Shown here: one piece after another, positions 1-12,700 of the stretch | How the letters are laid out: every line of letters starts with the position of its first letter | Numbering within the stretch: the first letter of the stretch is position 1 | Assembly: GCA_964304625.1 (NCBI GenBank) | Contig: OZ199839.1 | Coordinates: forward strand, 2,358,093-2,422,092 | DNA from: Kudoa neothunni | Lineage: Eukaryota > Animalia > Cnidaria | DNA length: 64,000 nucleotides | Direction of reading: 5' to 3' | Program-made: the position numbers and the translations under genes | Notes under the pieces: generated by a model | The model's database searches: none | What the model was told of the DNA's origin: nothing | The model's input: only the letters and a program-made list of their open reading frames with translations

Positions 1-677
1 AAGTATAACATTAAAAAGGCCATCCAAAATTTTATAAAATTTCTCCAAACCCAAGAACTATGTGTACTTTTGTGCAAACCTATAATACATTCAATACACA
101 TTTGTTGTTAAAATATGATTTTTAAACTATTAAAAATATTTAAATATACATTTACAAAAGTTTTTGTAATTTTAATAAGTTATACAGGGATTATTATTGT
201 GTATCCTCTCGTAAATTTTATTATTATTACTTATAATTGTGCGATATATCTATTTCAATGAAAAAAATATATATACTAAAACTCAATCTGTCGTACCTTT
301 TTTTTAGAAAGATTATCTATTAACATTTTTATATATGGAATATTTTTGAAAATTAGCAGTTGACAACCAAAGATTGAGCACGCGAACAAAAAATGGATCG
401 ATATAAGCATCACGATTATATTGAGCCAATGTTCATAAAATCAGATAAATAATATATTTCAATGCATTCAAAGACAGTGTGAAATTTAAAATTCTATTCA
501 TACGTACAAGTAGGGTTTTATTTTAATTTATTTTTTTCTGTAATTTGATGACAGAGGCTGATTTTTAGCATTAACAAGAATTTAGACTTTCAAGATCGAC
601 AAAAATAAACTATTTTACGTAGTATAATATATACACCTCAAAAACAAATAATGTAGAGATGAAGGGGTTATTTTTAA

Positions 678-2001
678 CCATCTATGTATAATTGGGGTCT
701 TTTGGAACCCATGCGACATTAAGTATCAATTTCTACCACAATAACTTATGAAAAATGTTCGGCAGGTGGTCTATTCTTCTAAAATTTTCATTCCTTAAAA
801 AAAAAGTTAATGCCCAAACACCCTACCCTCCGAGTAAAATTGAGATCTTTTGGACCCACGATTTTTTATCTAATTATCGAAAATATTGATTTAAATGTTT
901 GGGAGAACTTTGAAAAAATTCTATCGAGTAAATATAGTTGTATTGCATGAATATCATATCTTAATCTGCAACGCACATACACCATGATTAATTTTAATGA
1001 TATATCAAGTGATCTTAGTAATAATTATTTTGATATTGAGTCTTCAGATTCATTTTCTTCGTCTCATGATCATTTATCGTTAGAAAAATTTGATATTGAT
1101 ACAGATATGCAAATTAACTCATTAATACACAAGTATAGAACGTTATGGTCAATGAGCCCGCCATTGGCATCTAGATTCTAGAACATGTGTTGCAAATATT
1201 ATGAATAGTTGTCCTGATGACACTCCGTTTTTATTACAAAACACAATTGATACTATCATAATAATATTTAGTTCTGCTATGCAAGCCATTATTTTGAAAT
1301 ATAACAGTACGTGGGTGGAAAAATTTTTGGTGATAGATGGATCGAATTGGATGGGTTCATTAGCTGCTTATTTTCTGATGGGATGTCACAGGGCTAATCG
1401 AGAATCGGTTAAATAGATATTTGGGTTAAGAGAAGGGAAGGTATATCATGATTTATTCTCATTACATAGATTTCGCCACGTATTGCGAGTTTTACACCTT
1501 GATGGTATGGAAAATATTGTGATAACAAAATAATCCGGAAATTTTTGCCATGTTGGTGAACCTCGGAAAATTTAGGCGGGGTTTTCATGTATCGTTTCCC
1601 GCCCTAATGAACCTTTCAAGCGTATCTATGTTACCTGTTTTTATGCAATAGTTATGTCTACGCCAGGATTATGTATGATGTTTATTGATCATTTTAGGCG
1701 AAAATTAAATAAAGAATTAATTTTATTAAATTATCTGAATTTTTAGTTGTGTTTTTAGAAAATATGCGATCTCAAAAGTAATACATACGCTGCGGTTAAA
1801 ATATTTCTTCCCAAGAGCGCATGTGCACAAAATATTATGTGATGTCATTTATAAAATTACTGAATATATAATCGATAAAATGTTTTAAAAACTTCTAAAA
1901 ATACATATTATCTTTTTAAAAATATTTTGTCAAATAAAAACGGGGGGTATTTTGGCCCCAAATTATACTTGGAGGGTGTAAATTTTAATGTGACTTGAAG
2001 G
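678..2001 (+). mobile_element. Degenerate piggyBac element
   Basis: TTAA at 674-677 and 2002-2005. Left end CCATCTATGTATAATTGGGGTC matches a subterminal inverted copy near 1945-1977. Internal fragments resemble the piggyBac transposase N-terminus (acidic 984-1181; AYFLMGCHRANRESVK; RFRHVLRVLHLD). Confidence 0.7.
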
Positions 2002-2607
2002 TTAAAAGAGAAATTATTCGGCTGTTTCATCTAACAAAATTTTTACAAAGATATTATAACTTTCCATTACTAAATTAGGATTTCATTTTGCATAATAAAT
2101 AACAAAAATGGTAGCTGCATCAATCGGAATAAATATTTCATGGTGAGAATCACATTGAAATTAAAAAAATATGATTTTGCATTCGAAGGATAGAAAATTT
2201 AAGAATTTATATTAATTTGTCTCAATATACTCCCGAAAGTATTAAACTTAGGAGAATACTACCAATATTTACGATGGACGGAAGAACATGAAAAGTTCTC
2301 TACCCATTCTATATTCATTGATATATCCTTCTCCTTACATATTCAATAAAATGTATTGTCGTCTATTAATTTTTCTAAATTTTATTCGAGAAAAGAAAAA
2401 CTAAAAAGGGAAAAAGGCTTACATGGGCTAATATTAAACTGGAATCAGTACTCGCTAACGACGCCCGCAGAAAATTTGCATTAAAAAAATACAATAAACG
2501 AACAAATATAATATACTATGACTAACCGTATTTCGATGTAAAGTAACTAGTAATATTTTTAAACGAACGACGTAACTCTGGGAGAGACCTAGCCCACCTC
2601 AGTCAAT

Positions 2608-3579
2608 TTATTGGTTTGCGCCGGCTTGAGCTGGTTGGTCAAACAAACCAGGTTGTAAATCAACACCCCTATAACAATTTTTTTATTTTTGAAACAAACA
2701 AAAATTTTCTCACCCGATGTTCAAAGTTGAATCAGGTTCGCTGATGAATCTGACATGACGCAAGAAGGCAATGCTACAGAATTGGTCATCGTTACAGTAG
2801 GAGCTGTAATCACGTTGTCTGTTCAAACGTCTTAAATTAGCAGCTTCTTGTTCAGCATTACGATGACACTAAATACAAATTAATATAAATTATGCAGAAA
2901 TGTTAGGCACAACAATTACTTGAGTTCTTTGCTCATCGTCTCTATGTTTTTCATCGCATTGGGCTAACATTACAGTTTGTGCAACATTGCCGGTATTGAA
3001 TAATCCTATAACGCTGCCAAATACCTAAGTAAAAATGAGCAGAAATTCCAACCAAAGAATTTCTTATACTACACACTCAGCACATCCTAACTCTTGTTGT
3101 GTCAAATGGACTAAAAATTTTTTTATATTTGTTATTTAATAAATTATATTAATAATGGTAAATTAATATTTACCCACGTTGTTGGCGCAATTTTGCCTAG
3201 CCTCACAATAACCACTGTTAATTGCAGTGTCGTTGACAAATTTATTAATCGCAAAACTAACGAATACTGGAGCAATTTTCTAAACAAACTTATTCAAATT
3301 ACTGACACATTATATTACCCCTAGGCCAACTGATTGAACATGGCGTGAAACGAAAGCCTCGGTGCGACTTCTTAGTATATTTTTCGATCCTTCAGTAAGG
3401 CGGTTGTAAGTGGAGGGGCGACGCTAAAATTTTCTATATTTTGATATCACTAATCGAATTACATACAGAGAACACTAAATTCGTTGCACCCAAATGAAGG
3501 TTAGTGTAAATCGCGCATAAAACTTATAAACAACATGAAATAAATTAGAAATACATATAAATATTAGTAGTGTTATTAT
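2608..3579 (-). CDS. S1: secreted saposin-like (SAPLIP) protein, 8 coding exons; expected ATG is ATA, so possibly a pseudogene or non-AUG start
   Basis: Manual GT-AG splicing gives an open frame: (I)ITLLIFIFLCAIYT...YCEARQNC...CAEC-x23-C-x12-C-x23-C-x5-C...GGVDLQPGLFDQPAQAGANQ*. Intron positions and phases are identical to S2. Confidence 0.7.
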
Positions 3580-5297
3580 CTCAATCCAATTTCTTATTCC
3601 TACCAAGGAGTCGAAAATCTATGGTATTTATGGTGATATATCCCATTTTTAAACCGAATAATAATATTTTATTATCTATGATTTAATTTAAATAAGGAAG
3701 TAATTTTATTAAGAGGCTATTTCCAAGAATTTAATCGTGATTATTGAAGTTTTATTAGAGTTTGATCGTGATATAAATGACGAACTTAAATTTAAAATCA
3801 AGCTTCGTTAAACATATTAATCATCAAAAATGTTTTAAAATTTTATTGAATTAATGTATTTATTCTTATAAATTTGAAACTCTTACAGTAAATAAATTAA
3901 ATACGTCAATTTACTTGGAGTTTTATTAACTCGGAATAAAAAGGTGATTTTATTTTTCAAAATGATAAAATTTGAAAAATTTACACCGTTTACCGTAAAA
4001 ATCAATTTTCACCTAGAAATATAATAATCACATTATATGGACACATTTATTTTGAATTTTGATCAATAAAATTATGGTTATTTTATATCAAGAATTGTTC
4101 CATTACTAATTGATAAATGGCATAAATAATAAATGAAGTTAACATAAATAGTTTAATTAATTAATTCATCTAGTTTAAAAAATACTTCATCGGTGATACA
4201 TTTTTGGTCATGTAACAATAAGGTCATTTATTTAACTTAAATAGTATTATTCAATTTATTCTCACGTTTTTAAGATGTAATTTTGGAAAATTATTACAGT
4301 ATTACGTGACCAATAAAAATTTGTTAAGAATTAATTTTGACCACTCAAAATCTTTTTATGTCATTCATGAAGTTAGCTTAGAGGTCAATTGAGATTTGAT
4401 AATTTCGGTAAGATTATTTAAAAGTTAGCAAAAATGATGGCATCACACAACCTTTTCTTATTATATAAACAAATTTATTATTTTACAAAATTATACTGAA
4501 TATTAAAAAAAAATTAATAAAAAATAATATTGACTAAAACTTTATTTATTTGTCATAATTAAAAGCTTAAATTTGTAAATTCACATCCATTTGATATTAA
4601 ATTTAATGAAAATAATTTTCTAACTGAATTTTAGTTATGGTGTGCCATTTCTTCATTACTTTTAATAAGCCAATAAATTTGCCTGCAATCTAGCATGATA
4701 ATTTCCTTCATCACTTTATATTATATGAAATAGTAATTCTAATACGCAGATATGTTGATAATAATTGACTGGTACGTTATCATAGAACATTAAAATTTAA
4801 ATTATTTATACCGGTATGTTACTTTTTATTGTCATATTAGATTAAAACAAGTAATTTGGGATTAAAAAATAGTATAACTTTCCAAAAATAAATCGGTCGG
4901 CGGAAAATGATAAACAAATCGATGTTGACTAGGTCTAGCATAAATTTTTATACTTTCCTATATTTATTTCTAAAATTATCACAATTTTTATAACTTTTTT
5001 TACCAAATAAAATTATCATACTAATTTGGTAATAAATAAATTTATTCATTATTGGATCCGTAAACATTCAATATAAATAAACTTTTAATGATTGTTATTA
5101 TCAGATACTTATGTGAAAAGCAATCATTTGTTTATACATTAATAGTAAAATATTTTAATGAGGAAAACAATATTACTTGACGATGTTAATCAATATTATT
5201 TGGAGGACAGTGGCGATTGACTTGGATATACTTAATAAAGAGTTATTTACACTGTAAATGATACACGGATGTTAATAGGCTTGACTATATTTAATTA

Positions 5298-6399
5298 CTA
5301 GCGGGAACTGCCCAGCGTTGCATGGGAGTAATAAGCACGGAAAAATTTCTTAATAACATTCAAAAAAATATTAATATTTTTAAATTAACCCATAGAATCA
5401 ATCAAACTAAAAATATTTTTTAAGCTTTATATTTTAACGACTGTGAATATGAAATTTAAATTATAATTTAACGTCTGTGTTGTATTTAATTTGCATCTCT
5501 GAATTATTTGAATTCCCTTAAAATGCCATTCAAAACGTTATTTTGTGTTCCTGAGATTTTTCAAAATCGAATTCTCGCCCGGCTCAGGAAGTTTGCACAC
5601 CATTATTTACGGGAGACAACCAAGCAGAAAGAGATATGGAGATAGAAGAAAATTTCCGGAAATTAATTTTTATTGCTCAAATAATTATCTTTTGGCCCGG
5701 CAAGAGCATAACGCACTTTTTCCCATGAACAGCCAAAATTGGCGCCAACTTCAGCATACAAAATTTTGATAATTGGGTGAAATAAAATTACAACCATCTG
5801 CACTGAATTAAATCACGGAAAGTTAAACTTAGCGGATGATTTCAATGAAATCTACGGACGCAAAATTTCCATTAAACGCTTCAATCAATGTAATTATTAC
5901 GTTCTACACAAATTCGTTATTCATGGAACATATAGAGATTATTATCATATCTAAAACAATTAAAAGAACTATTAAAATATACTTATCAAGTCATATACGT
6001 TAAAACTCCACAAATAAGGAGTGTATTTGCACAAACACCCAAATATACGCGCCAAGATTATATAAAAAGTCAGATTGCAGCAGTTAATCAACATTTGATA
6101 GAGCATATAAAGAGGAAAATTAACTTCAACCAACCATCAACAGGTCATAAGCAGGTGTTAATTCTAATGTTGAACACAAGTAACCCGTTAAACAAACTTT
6201 GAATCGACAAAATCACCATGTTTCAAAACACTTTTAGGAACATTGGGTGGTGTGAGAACGATTTAAAGATTTTTTGAAACATTATGATTTTTAAAAAATC
6301 CATAATGTCTCTCTATAAGGAAAAAATTTTGTCGCACATGTGTACTTGCTGACACACACACTCGGGCACTTCAACGTTATATATATAGTAGCTAGTAGA
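5298..6399 (-). mobile_element. Non-autonomous Helitron, copy 1
   Basis: On the minus strand it begins with TC followed by TA/TG microsatellite and ends with a CCCATGC-AAC-GCTGGG hairpin then CTAG. It is an inverted homologue of 7417-8567. Confidence 0.7.
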
Positions 6400-7416
6400 T
6401 AGTAGAATATGATTTATAACCTTTCGCCTCGGTCTTAGAAGATTATATTAATTAAATATAATCAAAACTGACTAGAGCAGATTATCATTTTCCCTAAGAA
6501 TAGCCACTGATTAAAATCCAATTTATCATATTATAGGTTTAATTAATTTATTTCATTAATTATACTCAAAAATAATCTTATATTCATAATTAAAGGAAAA
6601 AGCTTAATCCAAGGTTTAGGTTAAAGTTGAAATATTTTCTTTAATTCCAGATTAAGAATCACTCCTATAGATATTAATCTTCCCATACGAGGAACGAAAA
6701 AACCAGGTGATTATCGAAGGGGTTATTATTTGTATCCAGGTGAAATGATTCTTATAAACCATAAATTATTACAATAATAAGGTTTTGAAATTATATTACA
6801 TTTAGAAAGGCAAATATAAAATAAATTCACCAATTTTTTGAATGCAGTTATAAGACCGCAAAAAAATTGAAATATTTTAATTTTGTAGGATCAACGCTCG
6901 AAAATAAACCCCATATTTTATAATGTTTAAATTAAATAAATGTATACTTCATCTGTCTATATTTCTGAAAAAAATAGATGAAAACAGCTGTATAATTTAA
7001 ACCTCCTTGGGTTTAAAGGTTGAATTAATTGGGATATACGCGATTAAAAAGCAAACATTGCATTTTATACAGCAGTTTTCCCAACTTTTTTTGTCTGTGA
7101 CCTTTATTTTTATAAAAAGAGTATTATCAGGCTCAAATAACATTGAAAATCATTTCTCGAATTAATGTCGAAAAATTTACAACAATATCCAAAAATATAT
7201 TTTCGTCGAAGTATATAGTATATACACAATAAATATCGTTAATAATTATTTTCAAAATATATTCTTGAATTTTTCGCAATTTAAAAATATTGTTTTAGAA
7301 CTATTTCTGTTAAACGTTCACAATCTATAATTTCACTTTTTCAGATGATATCATTAAACGGTAAAACGTGCTAGTTATCAATTCATGTTCATTTTTTTCA
7401 ATAATGTCGTCTCTCA

Positions 7417-8567
7417 TCTACCGTATATATAAGCTAAGTTGTCTGTGTGCGTCAGCAAGTACACATGTGCGACAAAATTTTTTCCCTATAGAGAGACATT
7501 TATGGAATTTTTTAAAAATCATAATGTTTCAAAAAATATTTAAATCGTTCTCACACCACCCAATGTTCCTAAAAGTGTTTTGTAACATGGTGATTTTGTC
7601 GATTCAATGTTTGTTTAACGGGTTACTTGAGTTCAACATTAGAATTAACACCTGCTTATGACCTGTTGATGGTCGGTTGAAGTTAACTTTCCTCCTTATA
7701 TATTTTATCAAATTTAAATTAAGTGATATTATCAAACTTTTTGTATAATTCCGGCATGTATATTTAAGTGTTTGTGCAAATACATTCCTTATTTGTTGAG
7801 TTTTAACGTATATGACATGATAAGAATATTTTAATAGTTCTATTAATGGTTTAAAATATGGAGAAAACTCTGTGTTTGCATCACTAATGGAGATTTGGTA
7901 ACTACTTCTATAATCAGGTAGATTTAAGCTTTAGAATGCAGTGCTGTGAACGTGGATTTATTTGAAATCGTTCGCTAAGTTGAACTTTCAACGATTAAAA
8001 TCAATGCTGATAGTAGCACTCTTACTTCATCTTATTATTTGAATTATTTATGTTGATATTGATTGGATCTGAAACTTTTTGTGAGAAATAGTACATTAAT
8101 GTTCATGCCGAGACAAGGGATAATAAGTTGAGCATTAAAATCATTTATCGTAAATTTTCTTCTTTCTATGGCTTTCTTACCTCCTCAGAAAAGCATGGAA
8201 AAAACTTTCTGAATCGGGTAAGAATCGGCTTCGAAAAATCCACGGACAAAAAATAACATTTTAGAAAACACTTTAAGGTAATTTAAATAGTTCAGGAATA
8301 TAGAAAAAAATGACACGTACCCTAAGTTATTTAGCGTTGGTGCCAGGCCATGAAACTTTTAAATGAACGCTGGAATTGATACGTTCCTCCACAGAAATGA
8401 TCATAATTTAAATTTCGTCAATCAAAATAGTTGATGTATGATGCATCCAATTTTTTAGTTATTTTTCTTCTATGGGTCAATTCACCACTTCGGTATATTT
8501 TGTGGATGTTATTAAGAAGCGTATCTATGCGAAATCTTCCCAAGCAACGCAAGAAAGTTCCCGCTAG
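7417..8567 (+). mobile_element. Non-autonomous Helitron, copy 2
   Basis: A|TCTACCGTATATATA...CCCAAGCAACGC...CCCGCTAG|T: 5' TC, 3' CTAG, A/T insertion site, no TSD. The first ~270 bp are closely similar to copy 1. Confidence 0.7.
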
Positions 8568-9708
8568 TTGTTTAATAAAATGTTAAAAAATGGGTTTAAA
8601 AGATCAGAAAAGAAAAATTTAAATACAATGAAGTAAATTTTTTGTTGTTAAAATAGATAAAAGAAATTTGAAACGTGTAAAATTAGTCATTAACATATAA
8701 AAACTCATGAATATAATATTATGTCATAAAAAATTAAAACTCTAACAAATGAAGTATCGAGAAAGTTAATATTTTAGAAAGGAATAGAAAAAATGTAATT
8801 TTGTTTACGAAAAGATTGATTAAATTTTGTTACTTAATAAAAATTAATATTTACTTGTTAGTTTAATTTAAAAGATATAATATAATGGTCAATTAATTCC
8901 TTCTTTCTTATCCAACGTCATGTAGTTTTTATATACACTCATCCAATGTATATATATGTATATATAATTAATTAAATATATAATTATATATTTGTCTTCA
9001 TGATTGGACAAATATTATTTTTTACTCAAAAAATATGTGGCACTTAGTTCTTTAAATTATGTTAAAGCAAAATCTGATTTTTAGATATGAAGGTGAAAGT
9101 TAAAATTTAAGTTCATTACAAACCATTGATTCGATAGTATATTTTGTGAAAAAAATAGTATAATTTGGTTACTTGGAAAAGTTTTAATTTCAAATTAATT
9201 GCTTATTCTAGGATAAACATCAAAACTATAAAACGTTAATAATTCTTCAAAAAACTTAAAATTCCAAGATATTAAAAATAAGTTGTGGAAAGAAATGTCA
9301 CTACCCTTGTTGAATCTAATATAGACTTGTAATCAAATGTTATTTATATTCGTTAAAACTTAATCATAATATGAATTCTCTAAGATATAATTAGCTGAGT
9401 AACACCTACATTATTTTTAGTCTAGCCCATTTAAAAAATATCAAAGGAATTAAGTCTTGGCCGAAACTCATGAAATTATTACGATCAGAAATATTGGAAT
9501 TAATTCATTTGGCTGCTCTGTATCAATATAAATAAGTCATTTTTATTATTTAAGATTTTTTTAAATTGAATTAACAATTAATATTAAATAAATTTACATA
9601 GGGTTTTTTCTGTTTTCTGTATATTTCCAAATCAATTCAATTGGGATACTAAATCTACTATTATGCGATGTACATCGCAGCTTATATTTTGATATAATAA
9701 TTTTCATA

Positions 9709-12700
9709 ATGTATCAACATTTATCATTCGCCATTTTATGTAAATTCTAGTAATGGTTTTGTAAAGAGTCATAATTACCAATATTTAGTTTTCTTTATTA
9801 TTTTACTCAATGGATCAATATTAAATGAATTAGAACCCATATATTTCACTTATCAAATATCCAACAATAAATTAAACCCCAAAATTCTCGTTAACATGAG
9901 TGAGACAGAAGACAGCAAATTGTCATGTCGAATCGCCATATATAATTCTAATGGAGTTATTAACAACAGAACTTTTTGTTCTGAATATGACTACAATGAT
10001 ATTGAAGCGGTAAATAATACATTTTGTCCTTTTCAATGCAACAATGGTGTTTCTGTTATATATGACTTTCTATCCGAGAGGCCACAATACGCAAAAATTT
10101 CTTATGGAGTAAATATGGTGAACACTCTCAAATCTACCATCTACGTTATTGGCTTCAAAACACGTATGGTTATTTTAGAAATACATTTTTCTTCAGGTAA
10201 TGACTAATTCTAGCCATTTTGGTTTACCCACAGGTGATAACAACCAAATTTTATATTAACGCATTATCCTACCGAGATGAAGGTGAGAGGTACAGATGCC
10301 CCATATATTATAAAGATAGAAAGTACTCTACCAGAGTTGATATTAATGGTGACAGAGAGAAAATGGAATTATTAATGAACAGTGTATGCAACCAATTCCT
10401 TCCTTATTATGAAATGAGGTGTCCAAGACAACCAAGTTTCTATTATTTTATGCCTGACAAATACATGAGAGCAAACTTACCAAGATATAAACCACAGTTA
10501 ATTGTAACTAGCACAACTTCTAATAATAAAAATAAATACAATTTAAAATTTTTGAATTCCTTTTCGGCGGAAATTTGCAATTTTAGAATAGGAGGTATAT
10601 CTCGATCAATGGTATACCCTCAGGAATACAAATCGAGTTGTGGTAAACGAATAGGAGAAGGAGGAACATACGCTCCAGAATGCTATGCCCCATGTACTGA
10701 CATTCAACTTGATCTTGAAGAATTTCCATTTGTTCATGTAATTATAAAAACAAGGTTTAATGATTTAAATGATTACTCTGGCCATATTTTAAACAAGTTT
10801 GGTAAGATTATTTTATATCTGACTTTATTTATTCTAAATAAATTAATGTGTAGTGTTTAACGAATCAGCTTCAGCTGAGGACGGATTGATTTCAAGCATT
10901 ACTAGTAATGGTGTGGTGTTGAAGAGGAATTTTTACCAAGATGGGAAACATGATGTTCAATTCAATAGCTGTTACACAAAATTGAATACGGGATACTCCC
11001 CCAAACAATCTATGGATCCAAACTTTGAATGTGATGTCGAAAATTGTCAACTAAATTGTTCCACGGTAAAAATAAGTGACCTCTCAGCTGGAATTGATTA
11101 CCAGATAAAAGTAATGGGTGAAGTTACAGGTTATGGTCCTAATCAAGAAACGATGTATTTTATCACCTGTAAACTTATTGAACTAACGTATTTTATTACA
11201 ATAATTTTTAATCATTAGCTAGTATTAAACATTTAAAGAATTATTCTATTTCATTGGGAGAAAAACACGGCACAATAAAACTGAAGGGGAAATTTGAGGA
11301 AACAGACAATGAGGGATTTCCATACACCTGCGCTCTACATATCGGTTTAATGGATGAAAACCTATTTTATGAGGCAACCTGTTTGAATAACTATCCTTGT
11401 CGAAGTTGGTGCAACGATGAATACACTATTTCAGATATAATTCCAACGGCCAATTACATTATAAAAATTATTGTGAATAAAGAATATGGTGAAATAAAAA
11501 TTCCTTGTAATTAATTAAAATATAACATTATATTTAACTAAAAGTGTCTTTAGTTCGTGGAGCTCTCAAGCTTACTTCTCGTTTTATCGGAGGTGGAATT
11601 TCAATCTATGGGCGTTTTCCTTACGCAAATGCGTCAGATTTTACTTGCCGATATATCGTTTATATTGAAAAAGATGAAGCATTTCATCCAATTTACAACT
11701 GTTCTAATGATACGAATATTTTTAAACCCAACAGAAAATATGAATATAATTTCACCTCCTATCTACCTACCCAAATAGAAAATTGTACAACTCTACCTTC
11801 GTGCGATTACTTTGTTCTCACTCATCAATACAATGAAACTAATGAGTATCTCGTGTGCGTGAGGCCTGAGATAGGCATTTCTGAAACAGTGTGTAGAATG
11901 ATTCCTAAAGGTGCCTTGAAGAATTTGTTTAGTTATCATAAATATTGTACAGTAGGTAACCAGTTTTAATCTATATACACATGCATATAAGATTCACTTA
12001 AATGAAATCACCATATTGAAATAATTTAGGTAATAACTATTCATTTAAACCAAAACAAGGAAAAAACATTATTGTATTTATTAATTTAAAACTCTTTTTG
12101 AAATTTTTAGTCATAAATAATATTTTAATGCATTTAATGTATTTTCCCAAAATTTTTTCGAAAAATATTTTTTTATTTTATGTCGCATTAAGTTAGTTGA
12201 ATAAAACCGAATTATTAACTTCTTGTTAGGTAGGATATTCTTGGTCTGATTTTAGCTATCCAATGAGAAGTGATAATTTAATTAACGAAGGGGTTAAGAT
12301 AGGAAATTTTATAGTTGCGTTGTGGTTTCTTTTAAATAAAGAAAAAAATATTTTTTACGTGACGATGTATTGTCTTTTTATACCTCTTCATCTATTTAAT
12401 ACGCATGTAACACTTTTTTGGATTGCTTTCATCGAGTCCTCTTATATACGCGTTCGTCCGCAAAATCGAAATTACTATATATTAAATTCATTATATTATT
12501 ATAACAAAATGAAATATTCAAAAATATTGGCATGGTCATTAACCCTCTAACGGATTTGGGGTGTATTACACTCCAAATCACATTTAATATGGGTATAAAA
12601 TATTACAACCTTTTCATAGAAAATTTAAATTGAGGCTATTTTCTTATACTTATTAAACGTACCATGTATTAAAAACTTGGTTAAAATATAAGTTCAGGTT

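Noticed and set aside
7368-7661. 97-aa ORF (and 5545-5769)
   Set aside because: Both lie largely within non-autonomous Helitron copies and show no protein features.
9896-11969. Operon of separate small genes, as the ORF track suggests
   Set aside because: The ORFs are exons bounded by GT-AG introns that splice in frame into one protein. The same holds for R2-R4.
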